Assembly: GCA_050179755.1 (NCBI GenBank)
Contig: JBFXEV010000001.1
Span: 395,567 to 459,566, forward strand
Source: Candidatus Babeliales bacterium
GTDB taxonomy: Bacteria > Babelota > Babeliae > Babelales > JBFXEV01
Direction: 5' to 3'
Length of the DNA: 64,000 bases
Shown here: in pieces, positions 10,069 to 18,830 of the stretch
Layout of the letters: every line of letters begins with the position of its first letter
How positions within the stretch are numbered: the first letter of the stretch is position 1
Translations under genes and position numbers: made by a program
The notes under the pieces: generated by a model
Told to the model about the DNA's origin: nothing
Databases searched by the model: none
What the model saw: the letters and a program-made list of their open reading frames with translations, nothing else

Positions 10069-11706
10069 TTAATTATTTGAATTATCACTTGTAAGCCACT
10101 TGTATGCACACCAGCCAAATATCCCAAGAGCTGCTCCTACACCAAGTACTAATGCTGCTCTTTGAATCACCATTGTTGGCTCTTTCTGAACCTCATTATC
10201 TACTGCTAATCCAAGAATCTTCTTAATTCCATTCCAATCTTTTTGGTTCTCACCTTGCAAATAGTTCCAAATTTCTCTCGCTTGCTGAGCGCTTATTTGA
10301 GACAGCCAGTTAACATCCCACACGCGCACGGTGCGATCTACAGATCCTGAAACTATCTTATTGTCAGAAGTTGCACATACTGAAGTAACAGAATACGGAG
10401 TATAGAGATTGCAAACGCTCAGTTGATTACCTGCCATATCCCATATTCGCACGGTACCTATAGATCCTAAAACTATCTTATTGTCAGGAGTTACACATAC
10501 TGAGCTAACATAATCTGTATGGCCATTGCAAACGCTCAGTTGATTACCTGCCATATCCCATACTCGCACGCCGCCGTGATTAGCTCCTGAAACTATCTTA
10601 TTGTCAGACGTTACGCATACTGAATAAACCGAATTAGTATGGCCATTGCATACGCTCAGTTGATTACCTGCCATATCCCATACTCGCACGGTGCGATCTA
10701 TAGATCCTGAAACTATCTTATTGTCAGGAGTTACGCATACTGAAGTAACCTGATTTGTATGGCCATTACAAACACTCAGTTGATTACCTGCCATATCCCA
10801 TACTCGCACGGTGTCATCAACAGCTCCTGAAACTATCTTATTGTCAGGAGTTACACATACTGAATTAACCCAATTTGTATGGCCATGGCAAACGCTCAGT
10901 TGATTACCTGCCATATCCCATACTCGCACGGTGTCATCAACAGCTCCTGAAACTATCTTATTGTCAGGAGTTACACATACTGAATTAACGCCACATGTAT
11001 GGCCATGGCAAACGCTCAGTTGATTACCTGCCATATCCCATACGCGCACGGTGCCGTCATAAGATCCTGAAACTATCTTATTTTCAGGAGTTACACATAC
11101 TGAGCTAACATAATCTGTATGGCCATTGCAAACGCTCAGTTGATTACCGGGCACGGGTCCTAGTAAACGAGTCATCTGCCCTAACGTAATGGGGTAACGA
11201 ATTTCCCTTGGCAATCCAGCAATCTGTTCAGAAGTAATATTTTTAATATCAGTTTGTTTTGCAACATCAATTGCCAACTCTAACAAAAGAGGAATATCCA
11301 AATAATTGGTTGCTGCAATAAAATCCATAAGATCGGCACCATCAAATGCCTGTATTTGCGCCTTAATTTCTTGCTTAATGGCATCTTTTTCTTTTTGATG
11401 GTCCACAGGTTGCTCTTTAAAATTCTCTACTAACGGTAATAAGCCTTGAATCTTTTGCCATACAGACGCTGTAATAGTAGGAAGTGGAATTGCATTATGC
11501 ACCGTGTCATATGAAGCATCTTCCAGTAAATTCTTGATCGTCTCAGATAACTTTAAAAGAGTATCTTGAACTGTAAAACTTTTACCATCTTGCGTGGTGA
11601 TAGTTGAATGATCCTTAGATTCTTGGAATTGACTTTCCATCCCAAATGCAGAGCTTGCTCCGCATACTGCACCAAGTAATAAAATTAGTATATTTTTCTT
11701 TAACAT
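10069..11706 (-). CDS. exported Skp1-like / WD40 fusion, paralog 2 (7 blades, C-terminal TM anchor)
   Basis: Same signal peptide and Skp1-like region. Seven near-identical 40-aa blades 'NQLSVCNGHTxxVxSVCVTPDNKIVSGSxDxTVRVWDMAG'. The tail 'AALVLGVGAALGIFGWCAYKWLTSDNSNN' is hydrophobic. Confidence 0.75.
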   Translation of the reverse strand: MLKKNILILLLGAVCGASSAFGMESQFQESKDHSTITTQDGKSFTVQDTLLKLSETIKNLLEDASYDTVHNAIPLPTITASVWQKIQGLLPLVENFKEQPVDHQKEKDAIKQEIKAQIQAFDGADLMDFIAATNYLDIPLLLELAIDVAKQTDIKNITSEQIAGLPREIRYPITLGQMTRLLGPVPGNQLSVCNGHTDYVSSVCVTPENKIVSGSYDGTVRVWDMAGNQLSVCHGHTCGVNSVCVTPDNKIVSGAVDDTVRVWDMAGNQLSVCHGHTNWVNSVCVTPDNKIVSGAVDDTVRVWDMAGNQLSVCNGHTNQVTSVCVTPDNKIVSGSIDRTVRVWDMAGNQLSVCNGHTNSVYSVCVTSDNKIVSGANHGGVRVWDMAGNQLSVCNGHTDYVSSVCVTPDNKIVLGSIGTVRIWDMAGNQLSVCNLYTPYSVTSVCATSDNKIVSGSVDRTVRVWDVNWLSQISAQQAREIWNYLQGENQKDWNGIKKILGLAVDNEVQKEPTMVIQRAALVLGVGAALGIFGWCAYKWLTSDNSNN

Positions 11707-11794
11707 GTTATAACCCTTATATCCGAATCAGTTTCAAAACTGAGACGGGTTTAGCCCGAAGTAGCTAACTTTTATTAGCGAATACGGGTCCACT
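11707..11794 (-). repeat. conserved inter-paralog spacer, copy 2
   Basis: Same sequence as 9982..10068 with a few substitutions. Confidence 0.8.
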
Positions 11795-13618
11795 TTAATT
11801 ATTTGAATTATCACTTGTAAGCCACTTGTATGCACACCAGCCAAGCACGCCAAGAGCGGCACCAGTGCCAAGCGCTACTGCTGCTCTTTGCATTAAACTT
11901 GTTGGCTTAACCTCAGGCTTAGTATCTATTGCCAATCCAAGAATTTTCTTAACGCCGTTCCAGTCTTTTTTGTGATCACCTTGCAAATAGTTCCAAATTT
12001 CTCTCACTTGTTGAGCGCTTATTTGAGACAACCAATTAACATCCCACCCGCGCACGGTGCGCTCATCAGATCCTGAAACTATCTTATTGTCAGGAGTTAC
12101 ACATACTGATCCAACCCAATCTGTATGGCCATTGCAAACGCTCAGTTGATTGCCCGCCATATCCCATACTCGCACGGTGCCATCACTCGCTCCTGAAACT
12201 ATCTTATTGTCAGGAGTTACACATACTGAAATAACCCGATTTGTATGGCCATTGCAAACACTCAGTTGATTACCCGCCATATCCCATACTCGCACGGTGC
12301 GATCACTAGATCCTGAAATTATCTTATTGTCAGGAGTTACACATACTGATCCAACCCAATCTGTATGGCCATTGCAAACGCTCAGTTGATTGCCCGCCAT
12401 ATCCCATACTCGCACGGTGCCATCACTCGCTCCTGAAACTATCTTATTGTCAGGAGTTACACATACTGAGCTAACACTATCTGTATGGCCATTGCATACG
12501 CTCAGTTGATTACCTGCCATATCCCATACTCGCACGGTGCGATCTATAGATCCTGAAACTATCTTATTGTCAGACGTTACACATACTGAGCTAACATTAT
12601 CTGTATGGCCATTGCAAACGCTCAGTTGATTGCCCGCCATATCCCATACTCGCACGGTGCGATCCCAAGATCCTGAAACTATCTTATTGTCAGGAGTTAC
12701 ACATACTGAAGAAACCCAATGTGTATGGCCATTACAAACACTCAGCTGATTACCTGCCATATCCCATACGCGCACGGTGCCATCACTCGATCCTGAAACT
12801 ATCTTATTGTCAGCAGTTACGCATACTGAATTAACCCAATTTGTATGGCCATTGCAAACGCTCAGCTGATTGCCTGCCATATCCCATACTCGCACGGTAC
12901 CATCATGAGATCCTGAAACTATCTTATTGTCAGCAGTTACACATACTGATCTAACACTATCTGTATGGCCATTGCAAACGCTCAGCTGAATACCGGGCAC
13001 GGGTCCTAGTAAACGAGTCATCTGGCCTAACGTAATGGGGTAACGAATTTCCCTTGGCAATGCAGCAATCTGTTCAGAAGTAATATTTTTAATATCAGTT
13101 TGTTTTGCAACATCAATTGCCAACTCTAACAAAAGAGGAATATCCAAATAATTGGTTGCTGCAATAAAATCCATAAGATCGGCACCATCAAATGCTTGTA
13201 TTTGAGCCTTAATTTCTTGCTTAATGGCATCTTTTTCTTTTTGATGATCCACAGGTTGCTCTTCAAAATTCTCTACAAACTGCAATAAGCCTTGAATCTT
13301 TTGCCATATAGATGCAGTAATAGTAGGAAGTGGAATTGCATTATGCACCGTGTCATTTGCTGCATCTTCCAGTAAATTCTTGATCGTCTCAGATAATTTT
13401 AGAAGCTTATCTGGAACTTTAAAATCTTTACCATCTTGAGTGGTGATAGTGGAATAATCCTCACATTCCTGAACTGGCTCCATCCGCCGTTGCTCCTCTG
13501 GAGCGATGGCGTGATTGGTATCACGACATAGCAATGGCGAAGTCGGATCCATTCCAAATGCAGAGCTTGCTCCGCATACTGCACCAAGTAATAAAATTAG
13601 TATATTTTTCTTTAACAT
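11795..13618 (-). CDS. exported Skp1-like / WD40 fusion, paralog 3 (8 blades, C-terminal TM anchor)
   Basis: As above, with 8 blades. It carries the 'DPTSPLLCRD.N.AIAPEEQRRMEPVQE' insert after the signal peptide that is otherwise found only in paralog 1. Confidence 0.75.
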   Translation of the reverse strand: MLKKNILILLLGAVCGASSAFGMDPTSPLLCRDTNHAIAPEEQRRMEPVQECEDYSTITTQDGKDFKVPDKLLKLSETIKNLLEDAANDTVHNAIPLPTITASIWQKIQGLLQFVENFEEQPVDHQKEKDAIKQEIKAQIQAFDGADLMDFIAATNYLDIPLLLELAIDVAKQTDIKNITSEQIAALPREIRYPITLGQMTRLLGPVPGIQLSVCNGHTDSVRSVCVTADNKIVSGSHDGTVRVWDMAGNQLSVCNGHTNWVNSVCVTADNKIVSGSSDGTVRVWDMAGNQLSVCNGHTHWVSSVCVTPDNKIVSGSWDRTVRVWDMAGNQLSVCNGHTDNVSSVCVTSDNKIVSGSIDRTVRVWDMAGNQLSVCNGHTDSVSSVCVTPDNKIVSGASDGTVRVWDMAGNQLSVCNGHTDWVGSVCVTPDNKIISGSSDRTVRVWDMAGNQLSVCNGHTNRVISVCVTPDNKIVSGASDGTVRVWDMAGNQLSVCNGHTDWVGSVCVTPDNKIVSGSDERTVRGWDVNWLSQISAQQVREIWNYLQGDHKKDWNGVKKILGLAIDTKPEVKPTSLMQRAAVALGTGAALGVLGWCAYKWLTSDNSNN

Positions 13619-13705
13619 GTTATAACCCTTATATCCGAATCAGTTTCAAAACTGAGACGGGCCTAGCCCGAAGTAGCTAACTTTTATTAGCGAAGACGGG
13701 CCCAT
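13619..13705 (-). repeat. conserved inter-paralog spacer, copy 3
   Basis: Same sequence as 9982..10068 with a few substitutions. Confidence 0.8.
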
Positions 13706-15346
13706 TTAATTATTTGAATTATCACTTGTAAGCCACTTGTATGCACACCAGCCAAATATCCCAAGAGCTGCTCCTACACCAAGTACTAATGCTGCTCTTT
13801 GAATCACCATTGTTGGCTCTTTCTGAACCTCACTATCTATTGCTAATCCAAGAATCTTCTTAATTCCATTCCAATCTTTTTGGTTCTCACCTTGCAAATA
13901 GTTCCAAATTGCTCTCACTTGTTGAGCGCTTATTTGAGACAGCCAGTTAACATCCCACACGCGCACGGTGCCATCTACAGATCCTATAACTATCTTATTG
14001 TCAGCAGTTACACATACTGAATCAACCCAATTTGTATGGCCATTACAAACACTCAGCTGACTACCTGCCATATCCCATACTCGCACGGTGCCGTCATAAG
14101 ATCCTGAAACTATCTTATTTTCAGGAGTTACACATACTGAGCTAACCCAATTTGTATGGCCATTGCATACGCTCAGTTGATTACCTGCCATATCCCATAC
14201 TCGCACGGTGCCATCATCAGATCCTGAAACTATCTTATTGTCAGACGTTACGCATACTGAATGAACCGAATTAGTATGGCCATTGCAAACGCTCAGTTTT
14301 TGATTGCCTGCCATATCCCATACTCGCACGGTGCCATCATAAGATCCTGAAACTATCTTATTGTCAGGCGTTACACATACTGAAGTAACGCCATGTGTAT
14401 GGCCATTGCAAACGCTCAATTGCTTACCTGCCATATCCCATACTCGCACGGTGTCATCACGAGATCCTGAAACTATCTTATTGTCAGGCGTTACACATAC
14501 TGAGCTAACACTATCTGTATGGCCATTACAAACACTCAGTTGATTACCTGCCATATCCCACACTCGCACGGTGCCATCATCAGATCCTGAAACTATCTTA
14601 TTGTCAGGAGTTACGCATACTGAAATAACTTGATTGGTATGGCCATTGCAAACGCTCAGTTGATTACCTGCCATATCCCATACTCGCACGGTGCCATCAT
14701 AAGAACCTGAAACTATCTTATTGTCAGAGCTTACGCATACTGATCTAACGCCACGTGTATGGCCATTGCAAACACTCAGTTGAACACCAGGCACGGGTCC
14801 TAGTAAACGAGTCATCTGGCCTAACGCAATGGGATAACGAATTTGTCTTGGCAATGCAGCAATCTGTTCAGAAGTAATATTTTTAATATCAGTTTGTTTT
14901 GCAACATCAATTGCCACTTGCAATAACAGAGGAATATCCAAATAATTGGTTGCTGCAATAAAATCCATAAGATCGGCACCATCAAATGCTTGTATTTGAG
15001 CCTTAATTTTTTGTTTTATAGCTTCTTTTTCTTTTTGATGACCCACCGGTTGCTCTTCAAAATTCTCTACAAACTGCAATAAGCCTTGAATCTTTTGCCA
15101 TACAGACGCAGTAATAGTAGGAAGTGGAATTGCATTATGCACCGTGTCATATGCTGCATCTTCCAGTAAATTCTTGATCGTCTCAGATAACTTCAAAAGA
15201 GTATCTTGAACTGTAAAACTTTTACCATCTTGCGTGGTGATAGTTGAATGATCCTTAGATTCTTGGAATTGACTTTCCATTCCAAATGCAGAGCTTGCTC
15301 CGCATACTGCACCAAGTAATAAAATTAGTATATGTTTCTTTAACAT
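13706..15346 (-). CDS. exported Skp1-like / WD40 fusion, paralog 4 (7 blades, C-terminal TM anchor)
   Basis: As above. One blade junction has a 1-codon insertion ('NQKLSV'). Confidence 0.75.
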   Translation of the reverse strand: MLKKHILILLLGAVCGASSAFGMESQFQESKDHSTITTQDGKSFTVQDTLLKLSETIKNLLEDAAYDTVHNAIPLPTITASVWQKIQGLLQFVENFEEQPVGHQKEKEAIKQKIKAQIQAFDGADLMDFIAATNYLDIPLLLQVAIDVAKQTDIKNITSEQIAALPRQIRYPIALGQMTRLLGPVPGVQLSVCNGHTRGVRSVCVSSDNKIVSGSYDGTVRVWDMAGNQLSVCNGHTNQVISVCVTPDNKIVSGSDDGTVRVWDMAGNQLSVCNGHTDSVSSVCVTPDNKIVSGSRDDTVRVWDMAGKQLSVCNGHTHGVTSVCVTPDNKIVSGSYDGTVRVWDMAGNQKLSVCNGHTNSVHSVCVTSDNKIVSGSDDGTVRVWDMAGNQLSVCNGHTNWVSSVCVTPENKIVSGSYDGTVRVWDMAGSQLSVCNGHTNWVDSVCVTADNKIVIGSVDGTVRVWDVNWLSQISAQQVRAIWNYLQGENQKDWNGIKKILGLAIDSEVQKEPTMVIQRAALVLGVGAALGIFGWCAYKWLTSDNSNN

Positions 15347-15433
15347 GTTATAACCCTTATATCCGAATCAGTTTCAAAACTGAGACGGGTTTAGCCCGAA
15401 GTAGCTAACTTTTGTTAGCGAAGACGGGTCCAT
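15347..15433 (-). repeat. conserved inter-paralog spacer, copy 4
   Basis: Same sequence as 9982..10068 with a few substitutions. Confidence 0.8.
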
Positions 15434-17146
15434 TTAATTATTTGAATTATCGCTTGCAAACCACTTATATGCACACCAGCCAAGCACGCCAAGAGCGGCA
15501 CCAGTGCCAAGCGCTACTGCTGCTCTTTGTAACAAATTAGTTGGCTCAACAACCGCTGCTCTTAGCTCCAAATTAGCTGGCTCAACTAATGCTGCTCTTT
15601 GAATCACCATTGTTGGCTCTTTCTGAACCTCATTATCTACTGCTAATCCAAGAATTTTCTTAATTCCATTCCAGTCTTTTTTGTGATCACTTTGCAAATA
15701 GTTCCAAATTTCTCTCACTTGTTGAGCGCTTATTTGAGACAGCCAGTTAACATCCCACACGCGCACGGTGCCATCTACAGATCCTGAAACTATCTTCTTG
15801 TCAGCAGTTACACATACTGAATTAACGAGCTTTGTATGGCCATTGCAAACACTCAGTTGATTGCCTGCCACATCCCATACTCGCACAGTGCGATCTAGAG
15901 ATCCTGAAACTATCTTAGTGTCCGGCGTTACACATACTGAGCTAACACTATCTGTATGGCCATTGCAAACGCTCAGTTGATTACCTGCCATATCCCATAC
16001 TCGCACGGTGCCATCATAAAAACCTAAAACTATCTTATTGTCAGGAGTTACGCAGACGCACTTAACCCAATTTGTATGGCCATTGCAAACGCTCAGTTTT
16101 TGATTGCCTGCCATATCCCATACTCGCACGGTGCGATCTATAGATCCTGAAACTATCTTATTGTCAGGAGTTACACATACTGAGCTAACACTATCTGTAT
16201 GGCCATTACAAACACTCAGTTGATTACCTGCCATATCCCATACGCGCACGGTGTCATCAACAGATCCTGAAACTATCTTATTGTCAGGCGTTACACATAC
16301 TGAAGTAACCCGATTTGTATGGCCATTGCAAACACTCAGTTGATTACCTGCCATATCCCATACGCGCACGGTGCCATCACGAGATCCTGAAACTATCTTA
16401 TTGTCAGGAGTTACACATACTGAAATAACGCTACCTGTATAGCCATTACAAACACTCAGCTGATTACCTGCCATATCCCATACTCGCACGGTGCCATCAT
16501 AAGATCCTGAAACTATCTTATTGTCAGAACTTACACATACTGATCTAACGACACCTGTATGGCCATTGCAAACGCTCAGCTGAACACCTGGCACAGGTCC
16601 TAGTAAACGAGTCATCTGGCCTAACGTAATGGGATAACGAATTTCCCTTGGCAATGCAGCAATCTGCTCAGAAGTTATATTTTTAATATCAGTTTGTTTT
16701 GCAACATCAATTGCCACTTGGAATAACAGAGGGATATCCAAATAGTTTACTGCTGTAATAAAATCCATAAGATCGGCACCATCAAATGCTTGTATTTGCG
16801 CCTTAATTTGTCGTTTTATAGCTTCTTTTTCTTGGTGATGACCCACCGGTTGCTCTTCAAAATTCTCTACAAACTGCAATAAGCCTTGAATCTTTTGCCA
16901 TATAGATGCAGTAATAGTAGGAAGTGGAATTGCATTATGCACCGTGTCATATGCTGCATCTTCCAGTAAATTCTTGATCGTCTCAGATAGCTTTAAAAGA
17001 GTATCTTGAACTGTAAAACTTTTACCATCTTGCGTGGTGATAGTTGAATGATCCTTAGATTCTTGGAATTGACTTTCCATTCCAAATGCAGAGCTTGCTC
17101 CGCATAATGCACCGAACACTAAAATAAATATATGTTTCTTAACCAT
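15434..17146 (-). CDS. exported Skp1-like / WD40 fusion, paralog 5 (7 blades, chimeric C-terminal tail with TM anchor)
   Basis: As above. The tail joins the paralog 2/4 type ('EVQKEPTMVIQRAALV') to the paralog 3 type ('LLQRAAVALGTGAALGVLGWCAYKW'). Its upstream region is unique, so it is probably the first gene of the array. Confidence 0.75.
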   Translation of the reverse strand: MVKKHIFILVFGALCGASSAFGMESQFQESKDHSTITTQDGKSFTVQDTLLKLSETIKNLLEDAAYDTVHNAIPLPTITASIWQKIQGLLQFVENFEEQPVGHHQEKEAIKRQIKAQIQAFDGADLMDFITAVNYLDIPLLFQVAIDVAKQTDIKNITSEQIAALPREIRYPITLGQMTRLLGPVPGVQLSVCNGHTGVVRSVCVSSDNKIVSGSYDGTVRVWDMAGNQLSVCNGYTGSVISVCVTPDNKIVSGSRDGTVRVWDMAGNQLSVCNGHTNRVTSVCVTPDNKIVSGSVDDTVRVWDMAGNQLSVCNGHTDSVSSVCVTPDNKIVSGSIDRTVRVWDMAGNQKLSVCNGHTNWVKCVCVTPDNKIVLGFYDGTVRVWDMAGNQLSVCNGHTDSVSSVCVTPDTKIVSGSLDRTVRVWDVAGNQLSVCNGHTKLVNSVCVTADKKIVSGSVDGTVRVWDVNWLSQISAQQVREIWNYLQSDHKKDWNGIKKILGLAVDNEVQKEPTMVIQRAALVEPANLELRAAVVEPTNLLQRAAVALGTGAALGVLGWCAYKWFASDNSNN

Positions 17147-17438
17147 TATAACCTCCTGGTTTAAATATGCTTTTTTTAGCTATAATCAGTATACCAGAGC
17201 AGTGATTTATGTCAAATAGAAAATATTTGCCAAATTTTACCTTTATTTTTCTCTGTACATGCTACACCCTTTGTTCCTTCTCGTTTTACTACCCCAATCA
17301 CTAAGGCGTGCTTTTTAACCATTTACGGCATAAAATAGGTGCCAAAAAAGTACATTTCTTATATAAAATATCCTTGATTTTTGTACATATAGGAGTTATT
17401 CTAGGTAAAAGTGCAAGTGTACTACATGGGAAGGCTAA

Positions 17439-18782
17439 ATGATGAAAAGACTCATAGATTATTATTTATTAGAATGGAAAAACAAACCAAATCATAAGCC
17501 TTTGCTCCTGAGAGGAGCACGCCAAGTAGGGAAAACCTACGCCGTCCGTACCCTCGCAAAAACATTTGAAAACTATATCGAGCTTAACCTTGAATCAAAT
17601 ACTCTGGCTCGTAAAATTTTGTCTGAAGACCTAAATATAGAACGAATCCTGTTACAACTCTCTGAATCTTTTGGTCAACTTACTCCTGGCACCACCTTAT
17701 TGTTTATCGATGAAATTCAACACGTGCCCCAAGCAATTATTGCACTCAGATATTTTTATGAATTTGTGCCAAACCTTCATGTGATAGCTGCAGGATCTTT
17801 ACTAGATTTTGCTATCGAAGAAGTTGGTCTACCTGTGGGCCGTGTAACCATACGCTACATGTATCCATTATCATTTTTAGAATTTTTAGCTGCGTTAGGG
17901 CATAGCCATTGGGTTTTGGCTATTATTTCTGATAAGCCTGTGTTTGAAGAATTACATAAACAAATAATCAATCTTCTGAGCATGTATCTTGCAATCGGAG
18001 GCATGCCTGCAGCGGTCAATAATTGGCAAGAGGCAAAAAATTCACGCGCAGTTAAGGAAACACATACTGAAATTCTCACTGCATATGTAGGCGATTTTAA
18101 TACCTATGCAAAAAAACACCAGCAAAAATACCTCTCGCTTATTTTTGATAGAGCTATGCAACAACTTGCTAGAAAATTTATGTTCGCTCGCATAGGGGAA
18201 TATAAAAAACGAGAACTGGAACCGGCGCTTTTATTGCTTGAAAAGGCTGGTATCATATACCCTATTTATGAAAATAGTGGGCAAGGAATCCCACTAGGAT
18301 CTGATGTAAATTTTGATGATTTCAAAGTTATTTTTTTGGATATTGGTCTTGCGCAAGCACAGCTAAAATTTGATATATCAAGCTGGCTCATTAACCCTCA
18401 AGAAACGATCGTAAATCAAGGTGAACTTGTTGAAGCTTTTATAGGCCAAGAATTACTTGCCTATTCTGATCCTATCAAAAAAGAACAATTATATTATTGG
18501 CGAAAAAAAGTTCGTGGAAGCGATTGCGAAGTTGATTACCTTACACAATTAGGACAAAAAATTATACCAATCGAAGTTAAATCAGGCAGAAGTACTCGTT
18601 TACTCAGCATGCATCGCTTTTTAGAAACACATCCAAAATCACCTTATGGCATTCGTTTTTGGGCAAATACTGAAACTAAAGAAGCCTCTCTGCATTCGTT
18701 GCCATTATATGCAGTTGCTAAACCATTTTTAAACGAACAATCTTATTTAAAACAAGCTCTCATGTTTTTAATTACAGATTAA
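17439..18782 (+). CDS. AAA ATPase with C-terminal PD-(D/E)xK-like module (AAA_14/DUF4143 family), intact copy
   Basis: Walker A 'GARQVGKT' and Walker B 'LLFIDEIQ'. The C-terminal 'CEVDYL....IIPIEVKSG' has a D..ExK arrangement. The RBS GGGAAGG lies upstream. Confidence 0.75.
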   Translation: MMKRLIDYYLLEWKNKPNHKPLLLRGARQVGKTYAVRTLAKTFENYIELNLESNTLARKILSEDLNIERILLQLSESFGQLTPGTTLLFIDEIQHVPQAIIALRYFYEFVPNLHVIAAGSLLDFAIEEVGLPVGRVTIRYMYPLSFLEFLAALGHSHWVLAIISDKPVFEELHKQIINLLSMYLAIGGMPAAVNNWQEAKNSRAVKETHTEILTAYVGDFNTYAKKHQQKYLSLIFDRAMQQLARKFMFARIGEYKKRELEPALLLLEKAGIIYPIYENSGQGIPLGSDVNFDDFKVIFLDIGLAQAQLKFDISSWLINPQETIVNQGELVEAFIGQELLAYSDPIKKEQLYYWRKKVRGSDCEVDYLTQLGQKIIPIEVKSGRSTRLLSMHRFLETHPKSPYGIRFWANTETKEASLHSLPLYAVAKPFLNEQSYLKQALMFLITD

Positions 18783-18830
18783 TACTATATTCTATAAAAC
18801 CATCGTTATGCTATGATCGGGGGAAACAGG

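Larger units (their letters stand above)
10312..16582 (-). repeat. 29 near-identical in-frame 120-bp WD40-blade repeats spread over four genes
   Basis: Strings such as ctcagttgattacctgccatatcccatactcgcacggtg and cctgaaactatcttattgtcaggagttacacatactga recur with a 120-nt period throughout paralogs 2-5. The boundaries given are approximate. Confidence 0.85.

Noticed and set aside
10312-16582. A regular 120-nt periodic repeat could be mistaken for a CRISPR array or a satellite.
   Set aside because: The repeats are in frame and contiguous with no unique spacers. They translate to canonical WD40 blades inside long ORFs, and no cas genes are nearby.
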